Shown here piece by piece: positions 1 to 9,705 of a stretch of 52,035 bases of DNA (position 1 is its first letter; each line of letters begins with the position of its first letter). Location of the stretch: contig JBMZCV010000010.1 of NCBI GenBank assembly GCA_049613665.1, positions 1-52,035 of the forward strand. The letters are read 5' to 3'. This stretch comes from Chitinophagales bacterium (lineage in GTDB: Bacteria; Bacteroidota; Bacteroidia; Chitinophagales; UBA2359). A model generated the notes under the pieces. The model was not told the DNA's origin, did no database searches, and saw only the letters and a program-made list of their open reading frames with translations. A program made the position numbers and the translations under genes.

Positions 1-47
1 CTTTGGGGCATCATAACATTCAGCTTTTTAACTAACCTGACGGCTAT

Positions 48-102
48 GGTGTTATCACCAACAACTAAAAAAGTTTGCTAAAAAGTTGTTGGTGATAACA
101 CC
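48..102. repeat. Perfect 19-bp inverted repeat (GGTGTTATCACCAACAACT ... AGTTGTTGGTGATAACACC) with a 17-nt spacer.
   Basis: Read directly. The arms lie at 48-66 and 84-102 and are exact reverse complements. The site is downstream of the minus-strand fadN-like gene. Confidence 0.6.
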
Positions 103-318
103 AACAACGGCAAGAGTCTCGTTTTTTTATAATAAATAGTATTTTCTAAATGCTTGACATTATTTTAATATCCAAGCTATTTTCGCATTTTTTTATAAAA
201 TTTATTTCAGAAAAAAGAAAAATAAGTGCTGGTGAAAACACGCAACAATATTAAAAGTATTGAGTTTTATTTTTGTAAAAGCTCAATAGTGGCGTTTTTT
301 ATAAACGCCTTTCTTTTA

Positions 319-2772
319 TTAATTTCTCAATGGTTTTCCTGTTTTCAAAATGCTTTGAATACGCTCTAAAGATTTTCTTTGCGTCAGCAATTCTAAAAAG
401 CCTTTTCTTTCCAAATCTAATAGATATTGTTCAGATACTTTTGCAGGAGCAGAAAGGTCGCTACCGCAAATTACATGAGCTACTTTTTGAGCAATATGTT
501 CGTCATGGTCAGAAATATAACCTGCTACTTTCATTGAAGAAACACCTGTGTAGAATGTACCTAAAGCAGCACGTCCCAATACTAAAATGTCTTTGCGTTC
601 GACAGGTTGCGTGTAGCCAGCCGCTTGCAATTCTAACACTGCTTTTTTCGCTTCTGCCAACACTCTATCGCCATTTATGACAATGCTATCTGTTCCTTTT
701 CTGAAATATCCCATTTCCATCGCTTCGTGTGCCGAAGTCGCTACTTTTGCAGTTGCAATATTCATCAAAGCATCTTGCAAAGCTGGTACTTGCACATCAC
801 CTGTATAATAACCATCAGAAGCACGCAAAGCCAATTCTTTTGTGCCACCACCTGCTGGCAATACACCTGCACCTACTTCTACCAAACCGATATATGTTTC
901 GGCAGCCGCAACTACTTTGTCGGCGTGTAAACAAATTTCGCAGCCTCCACCCAAAGTCAAGCCACGAGGAGCTGCAACAACAGGAATAGAAGAATAACGA
1001 ACTCGCATAGTTGTTTTTTGGAACGCACGAATAGCGAAATCTAATTCGTCGTATTCTTGTTCGATAGCCAACATGAAAATCATCGCTAAGTTTGCACCAG
1101 CCGAGAAATTTGGAGCATCGCTTCCGATAACCAAACCTTTCCAGCCATCACGCTCTGCAATGTCAATTGCTGCATTGATACCTTGCAATACTTCGCTACC
1201 AATAGCATTCATTTTTGTGTGGAACTCTAAGCATAAAACGCCATCGCCAATATCGTGCAAAGTTGTACCGCTATTTTGGTAAACAGGCTTTTGGTCACGA
1301 TAATTGTCTAATTTGATGTAGTCTTCTGTGCCTGCAATATCAGCATATGCTTTTGTAGCAGGGTTGTATGCCTGACGCTTGCCATCTGCTATTTTGTAGA
1401 AAGAATCGCAACCAGCTTCTAGCATATCATATACCCATTGAGCCGCTTTGTTGTCACTTTCTTCCATCGCTTTCACAGTTTTGGCTACGCCCAATGCGTC
1501 CCAATACTCAAACGGGCCAAGTTCCCAACCGAAACCTGCACGCAAAGCATCATCTACTTTATATACTTCGTCAGAAATTTCTGGAATGCGATTGCTCACA
1601 TACTGAAATGTCAAATTGCCTACTCTATTCAAGAAGTTTGCCCCTTTGTCGCCTGCTGAATGCAATGTTTTTAGACGTTTTTGAATATTGTCAATTGGCT
1701 TTGCTGCCGCAATACTCGCCAAACGTGGTTTTGCTTTTGGACGATATTCGAAAGTTTCTAAATCAAGCGTTAAAATTTGGCGTTTGCCTTGTGCATTTTT
1801 CGTTTTTTTGTAGAAACCTTGCTTTGTTTTATCGCCAAACCAACCATTTTCTAGCATTTTATTTACATAATCTGGCAATTTGAAATACTCACGCATTTCA
1901 TCATCTTTGCAATTGTCATAAATGCCTTTTGCTACTTTTACCATCGTATCTAAACCTACGACATCTGTTGTGCGGAAAGTTGCTGATTTTGGACGGCCAG
2001 TAATTGGGCCTGTCAAAGCATCAATTTCTTCAATAGTCATGTTCATTTTTTCCATGATATTGAAAATAGCCATCACTGAAAAAACACCAATTCTATTTGC
2101 GATAAAAGCAGGTGTGTCTTTACACAAAACAGTCGTTTTACCTAAATAAAGGTCGCCATATTTCATGAAAAAATCTACGACTTCTGGAGAAGTAGCAGGC
2201 GAAGGAATTACCTCAAACAACTTTAGATAACGTGGCGGATTGAAAAAGTGCGTACCGCAAAAATGCTGTTTGAAATCTTCGCTACGACCATCAATCAACA
2301 TATGAATCGGAATACCAGAAGTATTCGAAGTGATGAGAGAACCAGCTTTGCGATATTTTTCGACATTGTTGAAAACGATTTTTTTGATGTCGAGACGCTC
2401 AATAACCGCTTCAATAATCCAATCGCAATCTTTCAACAAATCCATGTTGTCGTCGAAATTGCCTGTTGTGATAAGCGATGCAGCACTTTTGCTATACAAA
2501 GGCGATGGCTTCGATTTGACAGCCGTTTTCAAAGCATCATTTACGAGGCGATTTCTTACGGCAGGGTGTTCCAAAGTTAAGCCTTTCGCTTCTTCTTTTG
2601 GAGTAAGGCTTCTAGGCACGATGTCGAGCAAAACGGTTTCGAGACCGATATTTGCAAAGTGACAAGCGATGCGAGACCCCATAACGCCAGAGCCAAGTAC
2701 GGCTACTTTTTTAATTTTTCGTTTAGCCGCTTCTACAACAGTAGAATCAGATTGAGCTATAATAGCTTCCAT
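319..2772 (-). CDS. Bifunctional 3-hydroxyacyl-CoA dehydrogenase / enoyl-CoA hydratase (FadN/FadB-like beta-oxidation enzyme).
   Basis: 817-aa ORF. The N-terminal NAD-binding Rossmann motif VAVLGSGVMGSRIA matches the 3HCDH family. The C-terminal crotonase-fold region (GSDAPNFSAGANL, GGGCEICLHAD) fits enoyl-CoA hydratase. Confidence 0.85.
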   Translation of the reverse strand: MEAIIAQSDSTVVEAAKRKIKKVAVLGSGVMGSRIACHFANIGLETVLLDIVPRSLTPKEEAKGLTLEHPAVRNRLVNDALKTAVKSKPSPLYSKSAASLITTGNFDDNMDLLKDCDWIIEAVIERLDIKKIVFNNVEKYRKAGSLITSNTSGIPIHMLIDGRSEDFKQHFCGTHFFNPPRYLKLFEVIPSPATSPEVVDFFMKYGDLYLGKTTVLCKDTPAFIANRIGVFSVMAIFNIMEKMNMTIEEIDALTGPITGRPKSATFRTTDVVGLDTMVKVAKGIYDNCKDDEMREYFKLPDYVNKMLENGWFGDKTKQGFYKKTKNAQGKRQILTLDLETFEYRPKAKPRLASIAAAKPIDNIQKRLKTLHSAGDKGANFLNRVGNLTFQYVSNRIPEISDEVYKVDDALRAGFGWELGPFEYWDALGVAKTVKAMEESDNKAAQWVYDMLEAGCDSFYKIADGKRQAYNPATKAYADIAGTEDYIKLDNYRDQKPVYQNSGTTLHDIGDGVLCLEFHTKMNAIGSEVLQGINAAIDIAERDGWKGLVIGSDAPNFSAGANLAMIFMLAIEQEYDELDFAIRAFQKTTMRVRYSSIPVVAAPRGLTLGGGCEICLHADKVVAAAETYIGLVEVGAGVLPAGGGTKELALRASDGYYTGDVQVPALQDALMNIATAKVATSAHEAMEMGYFRKGTDSIVINGDRVLAEAKKAVLELQAAGYTQPVERKDILVLGRAALGTFYTGVSSMKVAGYISDHDEHIAQKVAHVICGSDLSAPAKVSEQYLLDLERKGFLELLTQRKSLERIQSILKTGKPLRN

Positions 2773-2891
2773 ACGGTTATATTTATTTTTATTATTATGA
2801 ATTAAATTTTATAATATTATAAATTGTCATCTTTTTGACAAAACTATTTTTTTATAATAAAGTAGTTTTATATAATGTAACGTTTATTTTT

Positions 2892-2907
2892 TACCAAACG
2901 TTTGGTA
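2892..2907. promoter_or_regulatory. Perfect 16-bp palindrome TACCAAACGTTTGGTA. Candidate TetR operator in the fadN-like promoter region.
   Basis: Exact palindrome about 120 bp upstream of the fadN-like start (2772). An identical copy with the same extended context (ttaccaaacgtttggtagataaa) lies at 3626-3641. Confidence 0.6.
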
Positions 2908-3030
2908 GATAAAAATTCTTTTTAGATATGTTATTTTTTGCAACAGCAATATGAAGAAAACATTAATTTTAGAAAAAAGTTTATTCTCTATATTAAAAAC
3001 CTTTACATTTGCCCTTGTTATAAAATGCTG

Positions 3031-3591
3031 TTAATCTAGTAATTGAATGATATTTTGATGGGTTTGTTTTAAAAAGCTAGTGTCATTGAAGAGTCGCATC
3101 ATCATCACAGAGCCTTCAATTTTGGCTACGCAATTTTTGGCTAATGCTTTTGCTTCAGCTATTTCATATTTTTCTTGAAAGATATGTGTCATAGCATCTA
3201 TCCAATCTTGAAAAAATAATTGCACCATTTTTGAAAATTCAGGCATATTTCCAGCCATTTCCAAAGCTAAATTGCCCATTAAGCAGCCGCTATCGGTCGT
3301 AAAAAATTGATTTTCGGCAATATTGGCCAAAAGTTGCAGTTTTTGCTTGCTACCAAGTTGTTTGTCGTAGGCATGAATAAAGATTTCGGTTTTGTAGTAT
3401 TCATGTAGATAATTGATAACTGCTTTTAGTATATCTTTTTTGCCACCTTTGAAGTAATGATATAAACTACCTTTTTTGAGGCCGCAAGCCGTTGCGATAT
3501 CTTCCATAGAAGTATCAGCATAGCCTTTGCTTCGAAATACTTTTAGTGATTGTCGAATTAAGAAATTCTCGCTGACTTTCTGTTTAGGCAT
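3031..3591 (-). CDS. TetR/AcrR-family transcriptional regulator.
   Basis: 186-aa ORF with an N-terminal helix-turn-helix (SMEDIATACGLKKGSLYHYF) typical of the TetR family. It is adjacent to and co-oriented with the beta-oxidation gene. Confidence 0.8.
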   Translation of the reverse strand: MPKQKVSENFLIRQSLKVFRSKGYADTSMEDIATACGLKKGSLYHYFKGGKKDILKAVINYLHEYYKTEIFIHAYDKQLGSKQKLQLLANIAENQFFTTDSGCLMGNLALEMAGNMPEFSKMVQLFFQDWIDAMTHIFQEKYEIAEAKALAKNCVAKIEGSVMMMRLFNDTSFLKQTHQNIIQLLD

Positions 3592-3625
3592 AAAGGTATT
3601 TATTTAATTTAGTGTTTTGCAAATT

Positions 3626-3641
3626 TACCAAACGTTTGGTA
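3626..3641. promoter_or_regulatory. Second copy of the palindrome TACCAAACGTTTGGTA. Candidate autoregulatory operator.
   Basis: Exact copy about 35 bp upstream of the TetR start codon (3591). It also lies in the divergent promoter region shared with the large surface-protein gene. Confidence 0.6.
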
Positions 3642-3822
3642 GATAAACAAATTTATTTTTGTAGTTTTATTTTTTTTCTTAAAAAATCGGTAAGAAAATG
3701 ATTTTAATATATTATTTTTTTTGTTTTTTTGTTTGTATTCAAGCTGTATTAATACTTTTTTTGTATTTTTGTCATAAATTTATTTCATATCAATATCTAT
3801 TTTTAAACTAAATTATAGTAAA

Positions 3823-6800
3823 ATGAAAAAGTTATTACTTTTTACATTATGTTGTTTTTTTGCTCAAGTGAGTTATGGGCAAACTGCAATAATTAACGAA
3901 ATCACGCCAGATCCAGGCCTCAATGATGGTTCTGGTGGCGAATATACAGAGCTGTACTGTCCGCTTGGCGGTGGAGCTTGTGACATTGGTTGTTTCTCAA
4001 TTACAGATGGTACAGACATTGTTACTATTCCTGCTGGTGTCACTATTGCGGAAGGCGAAACTTATTTGATTGCCAATACTACTTTATTTGTAAATGTAGA
4101 TCCTAGCTTATGGACACAATTGGGCAGCAGTCCTGCCAACTATTTAGACTTGGCTACTTGTGGTTGTTCTAATCGAGATGCTACTGTTTGGGACAATGTC
4201 CCTGGAGAGCGTATCGTAATGTTTGATGCAGGTGGTTCAATTGTAGAAGCAATATATTGGGAAGGTGGTACAAATACGGGTACAGCTCCTTTAAATGTCA
4301 ATTCTTCGCCAGATGCTTCTTGTACGGCGGCTAGTTTTGTAGTACCAGAAATTGCTGCTAATCCTGCTATTTGGGAAGACATCAGTAGTTCAAAAGCTAT
4401 TAAAGGTTGTCTGACTGCTTATATGCGTGATACAGATGGTAGCATGACTTGGATTTCGGATGACTGGCCAACACCAGGTCAAGCAAATGAGGCTAATCGA
4501 CCTGGATATATGGTTACTTCTGATGCTACTTCTGTTTGTAGTGGAGATGATGTAACTTTTACGGTAGAAGTATATAATTACAATGCTGTTTATACCAACG
4601 ATGCTGATGATGGTGGTAGTCCAAGAGGTGGCTCTTGGATTTCGGATGATGGCGGTACTACTCGTTTAGACTGGGATACAGACCCAAATGCAACCGTAAA
4701 CTTTAGTGCTGCAACAGGTACTACTACTTTTACTTATACTACACCAGCTTTAACTGCTGATGCTACATACGCTATTATAGTAAAAGAAAATACGCCTGTC
4801 GCTAATGGTAGAGCTATTGAGTGTTACATAAAAGAAATCATTGATATAGAAGTAGTTTCTGATATTACTGCTATTGATTACACTTGTGACAATGGTTTAG
4901 TTACTGTAAATATTACACCTTCTTCTTCTTTTGGCGAAGTGCAATTAGATATTACAAATGGAGCAGATGCTTCTTTGAGCCAAAGTGCAACTACTACAAG
5001 TTCGCCTGTGACGTTTCAACTATCGCAAGGAACAGATTCTGACTTTTCTATTTCAGCTACGCAATTAAGTCCAAATCCTGTTTGTGCTGCTTTGCCAGCT
5101 ATTACAGGTGGCCCACTTTGCGTTTTCGCTCCTAATTGTCCTGATTTTGATGATTGGGGAACTGATGCTACTGCTGATAATAGTGCTTTATGCCCAAGTG
5201 ATGGTATTGAATTGTGTTTAGATGGAACAGACTTACCTTCTGGCGGAAGTATCGAATGGGTAACTTTAGCTGCTGCTGGTGATGATCCTTATACTGCTGC
5301 TGTTGATGTAATTGGTAGTGCTTATATTCCTACTCAAGGCATTAGTATTGGTAGTTCTAATGTGTATGCGGGTGCTGATGGTGCTTTTTTTGCTGCTCAA
5401 GATACTGATGGGGACTCTCCAAATCCAACAACGCAAACATTTACAATTGCTGGTTTGAATATTACAGGACAAACAGGCTTATCTTTTTCTATTGACTTGG
5501 CAGAAGAAGATGGTACAAACCCAAACGATAATAATGAATCTAACTGGGATAATGGAACTGGAAATTTTGATGAATTTATAATAAGTGCCAACATAGATGC
5601 AGCGGGAGCAAGCAATATATTATCTATTCAATCTGATGCTCCAGGAACAACTTCTAATGGAAATCCTTTAGTAGATACAAACGGAGATAGTATTGGTGAT
5701 GGTACTGAAGTAACAGCAACATTTAGCACTTTTACGAGTCCAATTGCAGGAGCAGGTAATAGCCTTGATTTAGTTTTCACAATTACTGTTGAAGATGGAG
5801 GAAGTGATATTGCATTTGACAATATTATTGTTACATCAAATGAAAATCCTTCTGGTTTTTTTGTTATTGATTTTGATACTAACAATGCAGGATATACAAC
5901 AGGTGCTTTTTATTCAGATGGTACTGACGATTATTTTGGAATTGTAAGTGATGGTTCTCCAGCTTGCATTACTTACCCAATTACCCCTGATGAGTGCAAC
6001 ATTGGCCCTATCATCATCGCTCCTCGTATCATGCCAGACCAAACAGGTTGTTCACCAGGTTCGCCAACTCCTACTTTACCTGCTCGTACCTATACTGTTA
6101 CTTGTCCAACAGCAAGCATCGACGATGCAGTAGCTATTTGCGATGGTTCAAGCACTAGCTTTATGGTAGCTTTCGACAACTACGGAGGTGCTTTCCCTGC
6201 TGCTGGCTTTGATGTGACCTATACAGTTGATGGTGCTACACCTACTACTGTTACAGCTACGGCAGACCCTTTCGAAATTACAGGTATTGCAACAGCAGGC
6301 ATTTACGAGTTATCAATTCTTGTTAATAATGATGGTGGCTGTGATGGTTCTGTTTCTGGCGAAGTAATTGTTACGACTTCTACAAACCCTGCTGCACCAA
6401 CTTTTGCAAGTCCTACAATTGATGTATGCGAAGGCTCAAATACTTTCTTAGAAGTAGCCACAGGTGATGCCGAATTGCGTTGGTATGATGCAGACCCAAC
6501 AACAACAGGCGTTTTAATTGGTACAGGTAGTTTATTGAATTATACGCCTACCGCAACAGCAGGTGGCACTGAAACCTTATTTGTCAGAAGTGAAAATGCT
6601 GACAATGGTTGTGTAAGCACTCCTGCTTCTGTTACTTTAAATGTATTGGCTTGTCCATCTGTCGGAAATTTAGTATTCTTCGATGCTGCTGATAATGGTG
6701 CTTTTGATGCAGGCACAGATGTAGGTTTGGCAGGTATTACCGTAACTTTATACAATGCTACAACAAATATGCCAGCAGATGGCTTTATTCCTTTAACAAC

Positions 6801-7392
6801 AGATGCAAATGGAAACTATCTATTTGAAAATGTTCCTCCAGGCGACTACTACGTTTCATTTACAATTCCTGCAGGTTATGTAACAAGTACTGCAACACCA
6901 ACAGGAAATGACCAAAATAATGCTGCTACCACAGGTAACACGGCTGTATTTACAGTCGCAGCAGCTACTGACGACCTCACAATTGATGCAGGTTTGATTG
7001 GAACAGGTTCTATTGGCGACTTTGTGTGGGCTGATACTAATGGCGATGGCATACAAGATGTTGGCGAAGCAGGTATCAATGGTGCAACCGTAGATGTAAT
7101 TTGGTATGGCGATGATGGCGTAGCTGGTGGTGGCGATGATGTCACTTATACAGTTACAACTGCTAATGATGGTACAAATGATGGTGCTTATTTAGTAGAA
7201 AATTTACCTCCAGGTAATTATAGCGTAAGTGTTACAGGTGGTACAACAGGTACAGCTACTTTTGATAGTGATGGCGGTAATGATTCTAGTTCATTGGTTA
7301 CTTTGGGCGATGGCGAAGATAACACAGACCAAGATTTCGGCTTTCAAGAATCTTCTTGCAACGCTGCAGTTGGTGTATTCCCAGGCCAATAA
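3823..7392 (+). CDS. Large secreted surface protein with an N-terminal lamin-tail-like domain, Thr/Gly/Asp-rich repeats and C-terminal SdrD-B/Cna-B-type repeats.
   Basis: 1189-aa ORF with a signal peptide (MKKLLLFTLCCFFAQVSYGQ). An LTD-like segment (INEITPDP...EYTELYCP...GETYLIANT) follows. Two SdrD-B-like repeats are present (DANGNYLFENVPPGDYYVSF; NDGAYLVENLPPGNYSVSV). No T9SS C-terminal domain was recognised. Confidence 0.7.
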   Translation: MKKLLLFTLCCFFAQVSYGQTAIINEITPDPGLNDGSGGEYTELYCPLGGGACDIGCFSITDGTDIVTIPAGVTIAEGETYLIANTTLFVNVDPSLWTQLGSSPANYLDLATCGCSNRDATVWDNVPGERIVMFDAGGSIVEAIYWEGGTNTGTAPLNVNSSPDASCTAASFVVPEIAANPAIWEDISSSKAIKGCLTAYMRDTDGSMTWISDDWPTPGQANEANRPGYMVTSDATSVCSGDDVTFTVEVYNYNAVYTNDADDGGSPRGGSWISDDGGTTRLDWDTDPNATVNFSAATGTTTFTYTTPALTADATYAIIVKENTPVANGRAIECYIKEIIDIEVVSDITAIDYTCDNGLVTVNITPSSSFGEVQLDITNGADASLSQSATTTSSPVTFQLSQGTDSDFSISATQLSPNPVCAALPAITGGPLCVFAPNCPDFDDWGTDATADNSALCPSDGIELCLDGTDLPSGGSIEWVTLAAAGDDPYTAAVDVIGSAYIPTQGISIGSSNVYAGADGAFFAAQDTDGDSPNPTTQTFTIAGLNITGQTGLSFSIDLAEEDGTNPNDNNESNWDNGTGNFDEFIISANIDAAGASNILSIQSDAPGTTSNGNPLVDTNGDSIGDGTEVTATFSTFTSPIAGAGNSLDLVFTITVEDGGSDIAFDNIIVTSNENPSGFFVIDFDTNNAGYTTGAFYSDGTDDYFGIVSDGSPACITYPITPDECNIGPIIIAPRIMPDQTGCSPGSPTPTLPARTYTVTCPTASIDDAVAICDGSSTSFMVAFDNYGGAFPAAGFDVTYTVDGATPTTVTATADPFEITGIATAGIYELSILVNNDGGCDGSVSGEVIVTTSTNPAAPTFASPTIDVCEGSNTFLEVATGDAELRWYDADPTTTGVLIGTGSLLNYTPTATAGGTETLFVRSENADNGCVSTPASVTLNVLACPSVGNLVFFDAADNGAFDAGTDVGLAGITVTLYNATTNMPADGFIPLTTDANGNYLFENVPPGDYYVSFTIPAGYVTSTATPTGNDQNNAATTGNTAVFTVAAATDDLTIDAGLIGTGSIGDFVWADTNGDGIQDVGEAGINGATVDVIWYGDDGVAGGGDDVTYTVTTANDGTNDGAYLVENLPPGNYSVSVTGGTTGTATFDSDGGNDSSSLVTLGDGEDNTDQDFGFQESSCNAAVGVFPGQ

Positions 7393-7449
7393 TTTTAAAC
7401 TAAATAAAAGTTTTCTTTTTTAGCGAAAAGAAAAATATAGAAAACAACA

Positions 7450-7492
7450 AACATTGAGCGAAAAAGTCTATTTCGTTCAATGTTTTTCTTGT
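7450..7492 (+). terminator. Rho-independent terminator of the large surface-protein gene.
   Basis: 14-bp stem AACATTGAGCGAAA/TTTCGTTCAATGTT with one mismatch and a 7-nt loop, followed by TTTCTTGTT. Confidence 0.6.
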
Positions 7493-7551
7493 TATAGCAA
7501 CTTCTTAAATATTTAATCTATATCTTTGCTTTCAAAAAGAAATAGATAAGC

Positions 7552-8031
7552 ATGAATAAACATTTCATTGAACTATTGAAATACGATTTTTGGGCAACCC
7601 AACAACTTTTAAAAACGATTGAAAAATATGAAGTGCAAGATGAAAAAATACTTTTTTGGCTCAATCACACTTACAATGCTCAAATGATATGGCTCAAACG
7701 CATTGTTGGCCAGCAATCTCACCTTACATCAAATACGATGCACGATACTGAACATCTAGCTAGCTTTTTTATGCAAGTCAATTCTTTTTTGTTAGGCTTG
7801 TTATATAATCGAAAAAACGAAAATGTTCCCAATCTGAATACCATTATTGCTTATAAAAATAGCAAAGGAATTTCATTTGAAAATACAATGCAAAGCATTT
7901 TTTCGCACCTTTTGCATCATTCCACACACCATAGAGGGCAAATTTGCTCACAACTGCGAAATTTAGGTATTCAGCCACCGCCAATAGATTATATTTTTTA
8001 TAAAAGAAAACAGCAAAGTGAAAGACATTAG
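7552..8031 (+). CDS. DinB/YfiT-like (DinB_2) metal-dependent hydrolase-superfamily protein.
   Basis: 159-aa ORF carrying the conserved HHSTHHRGQ motif. Confidence 0.6.
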   Translation: MNKHFIELLKYDFWATQQLLKTIEKYEVQDEKILFWLNHTYNAQMIWLKRIVGQQSHLTSNTMHDTEHLASFFMQVNSFLLGLLYNRKNENVPNLNTIIAYKNSKGISFENTMQSIFSHLLHHSTHHRGQICSQLRNLGIQPPPIDYIFYKRKQQSERH

Positions 8032-8410
8032 AAGCAGAAATGATATTGAGTTATTGGTTAATGATTTTTATAAAAAAGCACTAAAAGATGAGAAAATTGG
8101 CTTCATTTTTACTGATATTGTACAGCTAAATTGGAAAACTCACATACCTATTATATGCGATTTTTGGGAGAGTGTTTTGCTCGACAACATCAAATATAAA
8201 GGAAATCCTATCTTGAAACACATTGCATTGAATAAAAAAATAAATCTTAAAAAAGAACATTTTGAACGTTGGCTCATGCTATGGCAAAAAAGCGTTCAAA
8301 GAAATTTTGCTGGAAAAATAGCCGATGAAGCCATCAAAAAAGCTAACATGATGGGAAATTTGATGCGATATAAAATTGAAAAAAGTAATGACGCTGGCTT
8401 TATACAATAA
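8018..8410 (+). CDS. Truncated-haemoglobin-like (globin-family) protein.
   Basis: 130-aa ORF. DFYKKALKDEKIGFIF and EHFERWLMLW resemble trHb signatures. It overlaps the upstream gene by 14 nt. Confidence 0.45.
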   Translation: MKDIRSRNDIELLVNDFYKKALKDEKIGFIFTDIVQLNWKTHIPIICDFWESVLLDNIKYKGNPILKHIALNKKINLKKEHFERWLMLWQKSVQRNFAGKIADEAIKKANMMGNLMRYKIEKSNDAGFIQ

Positions 8411-8436
8411 AATTGGCTCTTTTTCAATCAAAAGAA

Positions 8437-8470
8437 TCGCAATTCGTATGCGAAAACATACAAATTGCGA
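8437..8470. terminator. Hairpin between convergent genes that could act as a bidirectional terminator.
   Basis: 14-bp stem TCGCAATTCGTATG/CATACAAATTGCGA with one mismatch and a 6-nt loop. A T-rich tract follows on the minus strand. Confidence 0.35.
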
Positions 8471-8509
8471 TAATACCTAATCTCTTCCAAATTATAAAAT
8501 ATCGTTTTC

Positions 8510-9685
8510 CTAATATGTAGCTAAACTTTCGTCAATTTCGTTGGCATAAGCCAAAACACCACCTTTCAAATTATACAAATTATCGAAACCAAAAGCCTCC
8601 TCTAGCTTCCGAATAGCATCGGCACTACGCTTGCCACTTCTACAATGAATGACTACCTTTTTGTTTCGAGCAACTTTTTCAAAAGCCTTTTCAATCTGTC
8701 CCAAAGGTATGAGTTCGCCAGCCAAATTCACAATTTCATATTCATAAGGCTCTCGCACATCTATCAATTGAAAATCTAATTTTTCGTCTCCCCAAGTTTT
8801 CAGCGTTTGCACATCTATCTCTTTCACTTCTTTCGGTTTTTCCGTTTCAAAACCCAAATCGACATTGCAAAATTCTTCATAATCAATCAAATTCGTTTGC
8901 GTTGGGTTTTCGCCAGTTAGCGGATTAAATTTGCTTGGTTTCACTTTCAAAGTGCGAGTATGAAAAGTAGCCGCATCAAACAAAAATAAACGCCCAGAAA
9001 GTGGCTCGCCTACGCCAGAAATAATTTTAATCACTTCCAAAGCTTGCAAACTACCAATGATGCCAGGAAGTACGCCAATCACACCACCTTCTGCACAATT
9101 TGGCACTAACTCGGCAGGTGGCGGTTCTGGAAATAAATCACGATAATTTGGCCCTAAATTTCCTGCTGTATCTCGCCAATTGAAAACAGAAACCTGCCCT
9201 TCAAAGCGAAAAATAGATGCATAAACATTTGGCTTCCCTAGCAACACACTCGCATCATTGACCAAATATCGTGTCGCAAAATTGTCTGTGCCATCTGCCA
9301 CTACATCATAATTTTTCAAAATATCAAGAGCATTTTCCGAAGTCAATTTTGTATTATGAACCGTAATTTCGATATAAGGATTCAACGCCAACAATCGTTT
9401 TTTGGCTGTTTCAGCCTTAGATTTGCCCACATCTTCCACCGTAAATAAGACTTGACGCTGCAAATTGCTGTTATCTACCACATCAAAATCTACAATTCCG
9501 ATATGTCCAACGCCTGCCGCAGCCAAATATAACAAGACAGGACTTCCCAAGCCGCCAGAGCCAACAACTAGCACTTTTGCTGCTTTCAGCTTTCGTTGTC
9601 CTTCAATATTAAACTCTGGAATGATGATATGGCGACTATAACGTGCGATTTCTTCGTTTGAAAATTTTATTTTGTTATCTGACAT
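8510..9685 (-). CDS. moeZ: MoeZ/MoeB-like E1 adenylyltransferase with a C-terminal rhodanese domain (sulfur-carrier-protein activating enzyme).
   Basis: The ThiF/MoeB nucleotide-binding motif LVVGSGGLGSPVLLYLAAAGVG and the rhodanese active-site motif HCRSGKRS are both present. The start is called at MSDNKIKF (9685), because the longer ORF runs into a repeat element. Confidence 0.85.
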   Translation of the reverse strand: MSDNKIKFSNEEIARYSRHIIIPEFNIEGQRKLKAAKVLVVGSGGLGSPVLLYLAAAGVGHIGIVDFDVVDNSNLQRQVLFTVEDVGKSKAETAKKRLLALNPYIEITVHNTKLTSENALDILKNYDVVADGTDNFATRYLVNDASVLLGKPNVYASIFRFEGQVSVFNWRDTAGNLGPNYRDLFPEPPPAELVPNCAEGGVIGVLPGIIGSLQALEVIKIISGVGEPLSGRLFLFDAATFHTRTLKVKPSKFNPLTGENPTQTNLIDYEEFCNVDLGFETEKPKEVKEIDVQTLKTWGDEKLDFQLIDVREPYEYEIVNLAGELIPLGQIEKAFEKVARNKKVVIHCRSGKRSADAIRKLEEAFGFDNLYNLKGGVLAYANEIDESLATY

Positions 9686-9705
9686 TTTTTTGTTTTTATA
9701 AATGA

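Noticed and set aside
330-2662. Multiple plus-strand ORFs of 67-171 aa overlapping the fadN-like gene (330-680, 727-989, 1073-1282, 1368-1883, 1922-2149, 2248-2662).
   Set aside because: They lie antisense within a well-supported 817-aa gene whose domains are conserved. They are shadow ORFs produced by biased composition.
7229-7423. 64-aa ORF overlapping the 3' end of the large surface-protein gene.
   Set aside because: It lies out of frame inside a well-supported gene and runs into the gene's terminator. It is a false ORF.
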